Shown in pieces: positions 45,929-54,929 of a stretch of DNA of 55,076 nt. Below the pieces are notes generated by a model. It made no database searches. It worked only from the letters and a program-made list of their open reading frames with translations, and had not been told where the DNA came from. How positions within the stretch are numbered: the first letter of the stretch is position 1; each line of letters opens with the position of its first letter. The DNA comes from an uncultured virus (IMG/VR IMGVR_UViG_3300042502_001806). Taxonomy: Duplodnaviria > Heunggongvirae > Uroviricota > Caudoviricetes. Location: IMG/VR virus record IMGVR_UViG_3300042502_001806. One strand, written 5' to 3'. A program made the position numbers and the translations under genes.

Positions 45929-47296
45929 ATGGCAGTAAGATGGAAAGGTGGGTGGTCCGGCTCCGGTTCACCTGAAACTAGTTTAATCACATATTATAAC
46001 GGTGATTCTGTTTTATATGAAAACATAACATACACCGTCCAAACAAATGTATTGAGTGTACCTATTGGTTCACCTCCCCCACCAAGTGACATGGCTAATT
46101 GGGATGTTCTTGTTGCTGGTGGATCTGATGGTACTTCTGGATCTTCCGGTACAAGTGGATTATCAGGATCAAGTGGAACTTCAGGTTCTTCCGGATCAAG
46201 TGGCTCTGCTGGTACAAGTGGTTCATCTGGGTCTTCTGGTGCTTCAGGGTCAAGTGGTACTTCTGGATCTTCAGGTATTTCAGGTTTTAAAGATAACGAT
46301 TGGTTATCCTTAATCCCCACTAGCGGAAGCATAGCTACTACGGGTAATGTGTTTGTTTTAAGTGGGACTACGACCTCGTATGGTGAGGTCTCCTATAACA
46401 ATTCCACAGGAATAATTACCCTAGCATCCAATAAGACTTATAATATAAGAGCATCATTATCACTTGCTAATGATGTGCTCAATGCCGAAGTTCAATATCA
46501 ATGGATAAATGTAACATCAGGTAATACTACGATAGGAAATTCAGGAGGAGTTTTAGTAGTTTCCAGCACAGCAACAGCAGCTTGGCAACCTGTCGCAGAA
46601 GCTATCATTACAACATCTGCTTCAACTCAAATTGCTTTAAAATCAAACTTTAGTAATTCATCCGGAAGTTTAAACTTTTACATGTGTTACTTTTTAGTAC
46701 AAGAAATATATGGATATTCTGGTACTTCAGGATCTTCTGGATCAAGTGGATCTTCTGGTACTTCTGGATCATCTGGTACATCAGCACCTGGTATAACATC
46801 TGGATCATCCGGTACTTCAGGATCTTCTGGTACTTCTGGTAGTTCTGGTTCAAGTGGTACTTCAGGATCTTCTGGTTCATCAGGTAGTTCTGGAACAAGT
46901 GGTTCTTCTGGTACATCAGGATTGAGTGGTAATGTACCAGTCACAGGAAGTTGGACTTTATCTACAGGTGCCAACACTGTTAGTTTTACAGTTCCTAGTG
47001 CGAATTCATATGTTATGTGGGTGAACGGAAATATTCCAAATGGTATTGTCAATTGGAACGCCACGGTAACATTATCAAACTCAAATGTACCTGTAATAGG
47101 TTCACAATATGGTTGGTACTATTCAGCAGGAAATGCTTTAGTTTTAACATCAATACCAAGTCAAATAATTGGAACTCTGGGAAGTATTATCACATCAATG
47201 CCAGCAGTTTCAAATTCAAATATCTTTACATTTGGTATAACAAATAACAGTGGTGAATCACAAACAGTTTATTACGGTTATATTAAAGTAAGTTAG
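45929..47296 (+). CDS. Gly-x-Ser triplet-repeat (collagen-like) protein, possible virion fibre
   Basis: Start moved to 45929 (MAVRWKGGW) after TAATATATA at 45901; two (GTS/GSS)n tracts separating beta-rich domains. Confidence 0.75.
   Translation: MAVRWKGGWSGSGSPETSLITYYNGDSVLYENITYTVQTNVLSVPIGSPPPPSDMANWDVLVAGGSDGTSGSSGTSGLSGSSGTSGSSGSSGSAGTSGSSGSSGASGSSGTSGSSGISGFKDNDWLSLIPTSGSIATTGNVFVLSGTTTSYGEVSYNNSTGIITLASNKTYNIRASLSLANDVLNAEVQYQWINVTSGNTTIGNSGGVLVVSSTATAAWQPVAEAIITTSASTQIALKSNFSNSSGSLNFYMCYFLVQEIYGYSGTSGSSGSSGSSGTSGSSGTSAPGITSGSSGTSGSSGTSGSSGSSGTSGSSGSSGSSGTSGSSGTSGLSGNVPVTGSWTLSTGANTVSFTVPSANSYVMWVNGNIPNGIVNWNATVTLSNSNVPVIGSQYGWYYSAGNALVLTSIPSQIIGTLGSIITSMPAVSNSNIFTFGITNNSGESQTVYYGYIKVS
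46130..46285 (+). repeat. 9-nt-period coding repeat (GTS/GSS)n, tract 1
   Basis: Degenerate ggtacttct/ggatcttct units. Confidence 0.9.
46718..46930 (+). repeat. 9-nt-period coding repeat (GTS/GSS)n, tract 2
   Basis: Same units as tract 1. Confidence 0.9.
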
Positions 47297-47314
47297 AAAA
47301 TTAATATATAATAT

Positions 47315-48079
47315 ATGAAATACTTAAAAAGATTTAACGAAGAACTTAGACCAAGAACTTATCTATCTGCTGCTAAAAAATTAACAGCTATTGGACATAC
47401 TGATAGAGCTAACACCCTAAAAGATTGGGCTAATGAAACTGAAAAAAGAGAAGAAATTGCTAAATGGAAAGAACAACTTCAAAATTATTCACCATTTGGT
47501 ATTTATAAAGTGAATGTTGTTAATCCAGAAAGTGGTGAAAAATTCACTGCTGATTTTGCGTTAGATGTAAACTTTGATGAATTAGCATTTGAAGATAACT
47601 TTGAATATGAAAAACAAAAAGATCCAAACAATATTAGTGAAGTAAGTATTTTCTTTTTTGTTGGTTTAATTCCTACATCAGAAGAAGTTCTTAAAAAATG
47701 TGAAGAAGTAATGCCTGAACCTGAATTTGGTAACGGTATGTACTGGGGCATGTCTTGTGGTATAGATTTCAAAGTCGAAAATGGACAAGTTATACTTGAT
47801 AAATTTGCCTTAGATGATTATGACGATAACTTATCTGGTAATGTTTCTTTTGCTGATAGAGCTTCTGCTGGTAAATTCAAAAACTTATTAAAAAGTATTT
47901 TTAGTAACCCTGACTTAAATTATCCAAGTGGATATACTGATGCTGATAGTATCTATCAGAAATTAGAACAAGTTATTTTAATTAGACAAGGATTCTCATC
48001 TGATTATGGATTTGAATTAAAAAATGTTGCCGACTTTATTAACACTCAATCACCAAATACAATGTATAAAACTATTTAA
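47315..48079 (+). CDS. N-tagged protein, tandem paralog 1
   Basis: MKYLKRFNEELRPRTYLSAAKKL..IGH..R. Confidence 0.8.
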   Translation: MKYLKRFNEELRPRTYLSAAKKLTAIGHTDRANTLKDWANETEKREEIAKWKEQLQNYSPFGIYKVNVVNPESGEKFTADFALDVNFDELAFEDNFEYEKQKDPNNISEVSIFFFVGLIPTSEEVLKKCEEVMPEPEFGNGMYWGMSCGIDFKVENGQVILDKFALDDYDDNLSGNVSFADRASAGKFKNLLKSIFSNPDLNYPSGYTDADSIYQKLEQVILIRQGFSSDYGFELKNVADFINTQSPNTMYKTI

Positions 48080-48080
48080 T

Positions 48081-48908
48081 ATGAAACATCTAAAAAGTAT
48101 TAATGAATTAAAATCTAGTACATATGCTTCTGCTGCTAATAAGTTGAAGAATATGGGTCATATCAGACGTTCTGGTGAGTTAGAACAATGGACTAAAGAA
48201 GTTCAGAACAAAGAAAAAGATGCTAGAGAATTAGAAAATTTTAATTCATTCAAACACGGTGTTCCTTTCAAAATTAACTTAGTTAAAGTTAAATATAATA
48301 GTGCTACTAAAAGTAGAGATCATGACATAATGGTTACAGGTAACTTTTATCTAAAGCCTTCTTTTGATTTTTCATGGGCTCAAGATCAATACAATGATAA
48401 TGCTGATGAGAATGGAAATACTGAATACTCTTACTATATGCCTTTTGAAGTAGGTATAATGGCAGCAGATGAAGAAACAAAAGAGAAATTCAGATCAATT
48501 GAAGAAAATCTTTCTGATGAAGTATATGAAGGAGTTTATTGGTTACAAAGACTTTATTATAAAATAATTAATGAAGGTGCTAAAGAAATAACTCCAACTG
48601 GTGACTATTCTTGGGAATGTAGAGAAAGTGATGAAATAATGTTTGAAAATAGAGCCGAAGCTTTAAGATTCAAAAAGATGTTTGTTGATGCTGTTCACGG
48701 TAGAAATACTTTTGGTAATTCAAAATGGGTACCAAGTATGCATGAAGAATTAAAGAAATTCTTTTTAGGTGATTGGTTACAAAGATATAATCGTGATACA
48801 AAATCATATGATAAAGTAGACAGACAAGAAGTATTTAACGAAGAAGCTTTCAAAAGATTCTTAGACTCAACTAATAAAATGTCAATAAATCAATTATATA
48901 GAAACTAA
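48081..48908 (+). CDS. N-tagged protein, tandem paralog 2
   Basis: Start moved to 48081; MKHLKSINELKSSTYASAANKL..MGH..R. Confidence 0.8.
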   Translation: MKHLKSINELKSSTYASAANKLKNMGHIRRSGELEQWTKEVQNKEKDARELENFNSFKHGVPFKINLVKVKYNSATKSRDHDIMVTGNFYLKPSFDFSWAQDQYNDNADENGNTEYSYYMPFEVGIMAADEETKEKFRSIEENLSDEVYEGVYWLQRLYYKIINEGAKEITPTGDYSWECRESDEIMFENRAEALRFKKMFVDAVHGRNTFGNSKWVPSMHEELKKFFLGDWLQRYNRDTKSYDKVDRQEVFNEEAFKRFLDSTNKMSINQLYRN

Positions 48909-49675
48909 TGAAGTATCTAAAGAAATATAATGAAGAGTTAAAGGCTGATACTTATAAATCAGCGGCTGATAAATTGGCTAAGATGGGTCATGTTAAAAGA
49001 CCAGAAGAGTTAATGAAGTTTCATGTTGTGGCTAAAGAAAGAGAAAAAGAAGAAGCTAAAAGAAAAGCCATTGAAGAAGCATCTGAATTAGGTACTTATA
49101 AAATGACCTTAAAAGGTCGTGGTGATATTAAATTCACTGGTGATTTCTATGTTTATTTTTATTGGAATAATGATAATTTTGATGAAAGCTATGAAGACTG
49201 GAAACGATTTGATAATACTTCTCTTTGGTTACAATTTGACCTTGCTGTTTTACCAGCATCTGAAGAATCTAAAGAATTTGCCAATAATGTTCTTGATAAA
49301 GAAATAGGTCTTAATTATGAAGGTAAATGTTATTTAGGTTCATTTGGTCTTAACCTAACACAAGGTGGTAATTCAATGGATGAAAATGATAAACCAACAT
49401 ATGTTCTAAAACCTAATGGTGGATTCTATTTTGAGGAGTATGATAGTATAACTTGGTATATGGCTGATAGAGGATCTGCTCAGAAATTTAAGAAAATGCT
49501 TTATGACATATTTGAAGGTAATATTGTTTGGAGAGAAACTCCACAATTACCAGGTGGTGTAAAAGAACAAATCTTAGACTTTCTTTGTTCAGATATGGAT
49601 CATACCTTAGAAGAGTTTGAAGAATTTATAGAATCTCTAAAACGAATAAGTGTAAATAAACTTTATAAAGACTAG
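48908..49675 (+). CDS. N-tagged protein, tandem paralog 3
   Basis: MKYLKKYNEELKADTYKSAADKL..MGH..R. Confidence 0.8.
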   Translation: MKYLKKYNEELKADTYKSAADKLAKMGHVKRPEELMKFHVVAKEREKEEAKRKAIEEASELGTYKMTLKGRGDIKFTGDFYVYFYWNNDNFDESYEDWKRFDNTSLWLQFDLAVLPASEESKEFANNVLDKEIGLNYEGKCYLGSFGLNLTQGGNSMDENDKPTYVLKPNGGFYFEEYDSITWYMADRGSAQKFKKMLYDIFEGNIVWRETPQLPGGVKEQILDFLCSDMDHTLEEFEEFIESLKRISVNKLYKD

Positions 49676-50043
49676 TGAAATATCTAAAAAGATTTAATGA
49701 ATCCTCTGACTTTACTCCAGAAGAAATAATGAAAGAATTAACTCTTGGATTATTAGATGCTGGTTTACAAGTTACTGTTTATTCTGGAGAATATAAAAAA
49801 TCAAATCATCCAAAATTTGAAGGTGAGTTACATGTTGAAATAACAGATAATGATAAAGTATTTTGTAAAAACTATCCTGAAGATGATATGGATTGGTTAT
49901 ATGGTAAACCTGTTATTATGAATTTCTTTGATGAACTAACAGATTTTGGCTTAATAAGAGATAAAGATTACAAAGTATATGGTGGTGGATTAAATGTCAA
50001 TTTAGTCTTCCAAAAAGAAGGACTTAATAAAGTTAAACTATAA
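49675..50043 (+). CDS. Hypothetical protein with N-terminal tag
   Basis: GTG start; MKYLKRFNES. Confidence 0.75.
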   Translation: MKYLKRFNESSDFTPEEIMKELTLGLLDAGLQVTVYSGEYKKSNHPKFEGELHVEITDNDKVFCKNYPEDDMDWLYGKPVIMNFFDELTDFGLIRDKDYKVYGGGLNVNLVFQKEGLNKVKL

Positions 50044-50067
50044 CCTGAAACTCTTTCAGGTTTTTTT
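50042..50067 (+). terminator. Intrinsic terminator
   Basis: CCTGAAA-CTC-TTTCAGG-T7. Confidence 0.8.
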
Positions 50068-50093
50068 ATTATATTTGTATAATATATACACAT

Positions 50094-51263
50094 ATGAAAT
50101 TAAAAAGATACACACAATTTTTAGAATCTAAATCTGATATGTGGGATATCATTCCACAATCAGTAAAAGAGTTACATACTTTATTTCAATCAGCTGGTAA
50201 GAAACTTTACTTAGTTGGTGGTTCAGTGCGTGACTTCTTAACAGGAGATAAACCAAAAGATTTTGACTTAGCAACCGATGCTCTTCCAGATGAAGTTTTG
50301 GAAATTGTCGGAGATAAATTTAGAACTAACCTTCAAGGTAAAGCCTTCGGAGTTGTTGTGGTTTACACTAAAGAAGTTCCAGAAGGAATGGAAATTGCTA
50401 CATTCAGAGAAGATGTTTCAAAAGGTCGTAACCCAGAAGTTAAATTGGGTGTTACTATTGAAGATGATGTTAAGCGTAGAGACTTAACTTACAACTCTCT
50501 TTTCTATGATTTAGATACAAGACAAATCGTTGACTTAGTTGGTGGTAAAGAAGATTTACAATCTGGTATTACGAGAATGGTTGGTGATCCTATTGAAAGA
50601 TTTGATGAAGATTCATTAAGAATTTTAAGAGCATTTAGATTTGCTTCAAGATATGAACATCCTTTACATAAAGATACTGAAAGTGCTATTGAGAAAAGAA
50701 AGCAACTTCAAAACATTGATCTAGAGACTGGTGAAATGAAAAGAATTTCTCAAGAAAGAGTTTGGGAAGAAATGAAGAAAGCTTGGAAACAAGCCAAAGA
50801 TTACAGATACTACTTATCATTCTTTACTAAGTTTGATATGTGGGATGAAGTATTTCCTGTTGCTAACATCAATACTAATTTAGTTGATTCAAAAGACTTT
50901 ATAGTTGTTGTTGCTAACTTATTTAAGAACGAATCCACTTTAGGTTTGGCTGATAAACTTGCTCAAGAATATAAGATTGAGTTAGAAACCGCTACTAAAG
51001 TAACTTTCTTAATTTCTTTATTATCTTTCAAAGTAGAAGATGTATTTGATATTTACAAGAAAAGACAACAATGTGCTATCACTGATGCTACTATTTTAGA
51101 GTGGTTAAAAGTCGAAGGTATTGATACTGATACTTTAGTTAAGTTTGTTGAATACAAACCAAGTGTATCTGCTCAAGAACTTATGTCTCAAGGATTCAAG
51201 GGTAAAGATCTTGGTGATGAAATCAAAAGATTAGAGATAGAAAAATTTAAACAAATGCTATGA
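50094..51263 (+). CDS. CCA-adding tRNA nucleotidyltransferase (class II)
   Basis: LVGGSVRD, DFDLAT, EIATFR, RRDLTYN, EDSLRILRAFRF, ERV..E; N-tag MKLKRYTQFLES. CCA versus poly(A) activity not resolved. Confidence 0.88.
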   Translation: MKLKRYTQFLESKSDMWDIIPQSVKELHTLFQSAGKKLYLVGGSVRDFLTGDKPKDFDLATDALPDEVLEIVGDKFRTNLQGKAFGVVVVYTKEVPEGMEIATFREDVSKGRNPEVKLGVTIEDDVKRRDLTYNSLFYDLDTRQIVDLVGGKEDLQSGITRMVGDPIERFDEDSLRILRAFRFASRYEHPLHKDTESAIEKRKQLQNIDLETGEMKRISQERVWEEMKKAWKQAKDYRYYLSFFTKFDMWDEVFPVANINTNLVDSKDFIVVVANLFKNESTLGLADKLAQEYKIELETATKVTFLISLLSFKVEDVFDIYKKRQQCAITDATILEWLKVEGIDTDTLVKFVEYKPSVSAQELMSQGFKGKDLGDEIKRLEIEKFKQML

Positions 51264-51724
51264 CACATAAATTAACTTATTTAAAAGATGCGGTTGGGAA
51301 TAATTATGTTGGAATTAATATTCCAAATGAAGTTGTCGAACCACATTTAGAAAAACTAAAAGAAATTTTAGGTGAAGAAGATTTTGAAATCTTTACACAA
51401 AATCAAAAGACGAGAGATCACGGACACTATCACATTACTGTTATTAATGTAATGGATTGTAACCGACTTTCTAAAGAAATGGGAATGGCTAACTTTGTTA
51501 AATCAGTTGAATTAGCATTTGATTATCCGGTAGAAGATTTAGAACTATTAGGTGTTGGTATGGCTTCTAAGAATACCAATACCGCTTACTTTATAGTTTG
51601 CTCATCTGATAGTTTAGATGCTGTTAGAACTCGTTTTAACTTACCTAAACAAGACTTTCATGTTACACTTGGTTTCAACACTAAAGATGTATTTGGTGTT
51701 CCAAAAAATGTTTTGATAGATTAA
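51260..51724 (+). CDS. 2H phosphoesterase
   Basis: Two HxT motifs: HITV and HVTLGF. Confidence 0.85.
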   Translation: MTHKLTYLKDAVGNNYVGINIPNEVVEPHLEKLKEILGEEDFEIFTQNQKTRDHGHYHITVINVMDCNRLSKEMGMANFVKSVELAFDYPVEDLELLGVGMASKNTNTAYFIVCSSDSLDAVRTRFNLPKQDFHVTLGFNTKDVFGVPKNVLID

Positions 51725-51774
51725 AACTTTTCTAAAATTTTAAGTAAGAAAGAAACAATTAAAATAAAATTAAA

Positions 51775-52050
51775 ATGGAACTATTTAATTATTACAGCAT
51801 GGACGAGTGTCCAGAAAGAAAGGTAATCAAAAAAAGACTTACTCAACTAGAAGAAGAAGGCAAAATCGATTTTGATATTGATGGTGATATACTTAAAATC
51901 ACAGACTTAGATCTTGATGAAGATGAAGTTGCTGAGTTAGTAGAAATGTTTGATAAATATGATGTCTTTCCTTATCCTGATTATGAAGAAGGAATAGATG
52001 ATGAAGAAGATGATTACTATGATGGTTTTGACGAAGAAGACGATTATTAA
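51775..52050 (+). CDS. Highly acidic small protein
   Basis: 91 aa, D/E-rich tail. Confidence 0.75.
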   Translation: MELFNYYSMDECPERKVIKKRLTQLEEEGKIDFDIDGDILKITDLDLDEDEVAELVEMFDKYDVFPYPDYEEGIDDEEDDYYDGFDEEDDY

Positions 52051-52077
52051 TATCAAATTGAATCAATAAGACCTAAT

Positions 52078-52108
52078 AAAAAAACCCAATCATTTGATTG
52101 GGTTTTTT
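52078..52108. terminator. Bidirectional intrinsic terminator
   Basis: A7-CCCAATC-ATTT-GATTGGG-T6. Confidence 0.9.
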
Positions 52109-52110
52109 AT

Positions 52111-54924
52111 TTAGAATGTATATTTAACTGAGGCTGATATTGTTTGACCAAAGTTTATGTTTTGCCAATTGTTATCACCTTTATCATACTTTTGATTACC
52201 GTTCAAGTCTTGGAAGTAAACTAAGTCTTGAGCTAAGATATCTTTTATATTAAGTTTTGTTTCAAAGTGTTTACCAAACTTTTTAGATACTTGAAAGTCA
52301 ATAACATTTCTTCCATTTTCCCAAACTGAAGGCTCCTGAACATTACCTACAATATAAATTCTTTGACCAATTACATTATAAGATAAAGTTACTGTCATAT
52401 CTTTCTTAGGTGTATTATAGAATATACCTGAGTTGATAATGTAAGGTGACTGACCTTGTAGTGGTCTGTTCTCACCAGAACCAACGAAGTGACTCATATC
52501 AACTGTTGACTTGATTAGAGACAAGTTTGAATAAAGAGTTATGTTATCCCATAATTTACTTTCCTTCTTACAGAATGTTCCTAAGTTATATCTAATTTCA
52601 AATTCAGCTCCAATATTTGTCACCTTATTTACATTAGCGTAGTAAAGTTCAGGTGCTCCTGATGTGCCAGTTCTATTGATTAACTCAATTGGATTCTCAA
52701 ATGTTTTATAGAAACCAGATACAGATATGATTTGACCTTTACCAGGATACATTTCCCATCTAACATCAAAGTTATCTATAGTTGCTCTTTTTAAGTTAGG
52801 ATTACCACTTACTATATTATCAATAACAAAGTTATAGAAACTAAATGGTGCTAACTCTCTAAACTCTGGACGAGAAACTGTTCTATAATAAGAACCTCTT
52901 ACTTTCATCTTTTTGTTTAACGAATAAACTATATTAACTGATGGTAAGAAATCAACAACTGTTGTATCAATATGTTTATGTTCGTTAGAACCAAACTCGA
53001 TATAATTAAATTGTTGGTTATATGATTCCATTCTTAAACCACCAATGATTCTAAAATTCTCACCAATCTTTGTATCAGTCATTGCGAAAGCCGCATTTAG
53101 GAAAGAGTTAGCTTGATAACTATCATCAACATTTGTAGCTTCATCTAATTTGAAACCACCTTGACCATTTGATAAAAGACCCATATTTTGTTGTGAGAAT
53201 ATTTCATCTGGTCCTAATAGAAGTAAGTTACTATTGAATGTGCTACCTGTTGGTTTGTATTGAGAGAATCCTAAGTTTCTTGATAAAAAGTCGCGAGTTC
53301 TATATTGATGCCATCCACCGACTTTGAATTCATTTTCTACTTTACCAAACTTAACTGGAATAGTCCAGTCGTAGTTAGCACTGTATATTTTCTCAGATGA
53401 TTTAGACCAAAACATATTACCAGCCGCAGTTGGAATAGTTCCGTTTTGTTGAATAATAGCAGTCCATTGTTCTGTTGTATCATTTTCAAGTAAAGAATAC
53501 TTACGATAAACTAATCTTCTAAGATTTGGAATATCTCTTTTAACATCACTGAAACCAACATTCCAGTTTAATTTAGTTTTCTTAATCTCATGAGTTCCGT
53601 ATAACTGTTGAGTTAATAGATTATTCTGTGTATACCAGAAGTTTGTTGATCTTTCCCATTGACGAGGATCATTATCCATCTCTCTAACTCCTTTTCTGAC
53701 GTTTACTTTATCTTCTGAATTAATAGAATAAAGATTTTTGAATCTGATAATATTCTTATCATTTATTTGATAAGCAAAGTTTAACATAGCACTGTTCAAA
53801 ATAGTTTGAGTAAACACAGAATCTTTTAACTCCATTTTTAGAACAACACCGTCAGCTTGTTCTTCAAATTCTCTTCTAACCGAATTGTTCATAGTAGAAG
53901 CATTTTGATAACTATAAGCGAAAGTTATACCAAGTGAGTTATCTTTTTTAAATTTGATATATCTACCTACTGAATATTGTAAGCTACCAATTGGTAAAGC
54001 TATTCTTGATCTAGTTGACCAAGAAGTGTTTATCATTTTTGACAAGTCTGCTTTCTCTGCCTTATTCAGAGTAGAGAAGTCTAAAGTACTTGGTATTGAA
54101 CTAGGTAAACTTCTATAATTAGAGCCAAATCCTAAAAAGTCTGTAGAACTTCCTTGATAAGTTTTGAAGTTTTGAAATGTAGATATAGTATTGAATCCTA
54201 AGCCAAATTGGATATTTTGAAACTTAGAATCTTTTGGTTCTGATGTACTGATATTAATAACACCACCTGCGAACTCACCAGGCATATCTGGAGAACCCGA
54301 CTTCATAACAATTAGATTGTCCAACATATTAGAAGGAAAGATATCAAATGAGAAAGCTTTTCTATCTGATTCAGAACTTGGAAGTGGAGAACCATTTATT
54401 AGAGCGAAGTTGTATCTATCGTTTAGACCACGAATAACTACAAACTTATTATCTTGAACAGAAGCACCACTCACTCTTTTGAACACATCAGATACTTTCG
54501 TATCTGGTGTTTTCTTAAAAGTCTCAGCATTAACACCATCTTGAACGACAGCACTGTTGCTTTGTTGTCTAACTAATTCGGTTGTTGATTCTTTATTAAC
54601 TTTAGCTCTAACAGTAACAGTTCCTATTTCTAAAGTTTTTTCTTTCAGCTTTATATTCAAAGTGTCTTTTGATGTCGCTTTAATGAATTGTGAATGATAA
54701 CCAATATACCTAACTTCTAAAGTGTAAGTAGGTTTATCTAAATTTTTTAATTCAAATTTACCATTTATGTCAGTTATGGCTCCTTTACCGGTTTCACCTT
54801 GGATTAGTACCATAGCGCCAATAACTGGCTCGTTTGAAATCGAGTCAGTTATTGTGCCTGATATTTGTGAAAATGCTGCTAGTGTCGATATTAAGAATGT
54901 AAATATCAGTAGTAATTTTTTCAT
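52111..54924 (-). CDS. TonB-dependent outer-membrane receptor (Bacteroidetes type)
   Basis: Signal peptide; carboxypeptidase-regulatory-like N-domain; plug IRGL.DRY..GGVINI; GNPNL; C-terminal YTF. Confidence 0.93.
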   Translation of the reverse strand: MKKLLLIFTFLISTLAAFSQISGTITDSISNEPVIGAMVLIQGETGKGAITDINGKFELKNLDKPTYTLEVRYIGYHSQFIKATSKDTLNIKLKEKTLEIGTVTVRAKVNKESTTELVRQQSNSAVVQDGVNAETFKKTPDTKVSDVFKRVSGASVQDNKFVVIRGLNDRYNFALINGSPLPSSESDRKAFSFDIFPSNMLDNLIVMKSGSPDMPGEFAGGVINISTSEPKDSKFQNIQFGLGFNTISTFQNFKTYQGSSTDFLGFGSNYRSLPSSIPSTLDFSTLNKAEKADLSKMINTSWSTRSRIALPIGSLQYSVGRYIKFKKDNSLGITFAYSYQNASTMNNSVRREFEEQADGVVLKMELKDSVFTQTILNSAMLNFAYQINDKNIIRFKNLYSINSEDKVNVRKGVREMDNDPRQWERSTNFWYTQNNLLTQQLYGTHEIKKTKLNWNVGFSDVKRDIPNLRRLVYRKYSLLENDTTEQWTAIIQQNGTIPTAAGNMFWSKSSEKIYSANYDWTIPVKFGKVENEFKVGGWHQYRTRDFLSRNLGFSQYKPTGSTFNSNLLLLGPDEIFSQQNMGLLSNGQGGFKLDEATNVDDSYQANSFLNAAFAMTDTKIGENFRIIGGLRMESYNQQFNYIEFGSNEHKHIDTTVVDFLPSVNIVYSLNKKMKVRGSYYRTVSRPEFRELAPFSFYNFVIDNIVSGNPNLKRATIDNFDVRWEMYPGKGQIISVSGFYKTFENPIELINRTGTSGAPELYYANVNKVTNIGAEFEIRYNLGTFCKKESKLWDNITLYSNLSLIKSTVDMSHFVGSGENRPLQGQSPYIINSGIFYNTPKKDMTVTLSYNVIGQRIYIVGNVQEPSVWENGRNVIDFQVSKKFGKHFETKLNIKDILAQDLVYFQDLNGNQKYDKGDNNWQNINFGQTISASVKYTF

Positions 54925-54929
54925 ATAAA

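Noticed and set aside
46130..46930. CRISPR array or non-coding tandem repeat
   Set aside because: Degenerate 9-nt coding periodicity with synonymous variation and no spacers. No CRISPR array was seen anywhere in the window.
7989..50487. Antisense or out-of-frame ORFs (7989, 11875, 15713, 16821, 17164, 17688, 20681, 21509, 25753, 35570, 38202, 38898, 39351, 40194, 41693, 41814, 42112, 42541, 45994, 46056, 46650, 46687, 47017, 47503, 49119, 50278)
   Set aside because: They overlap better-supported genes and have shadow-like composition.
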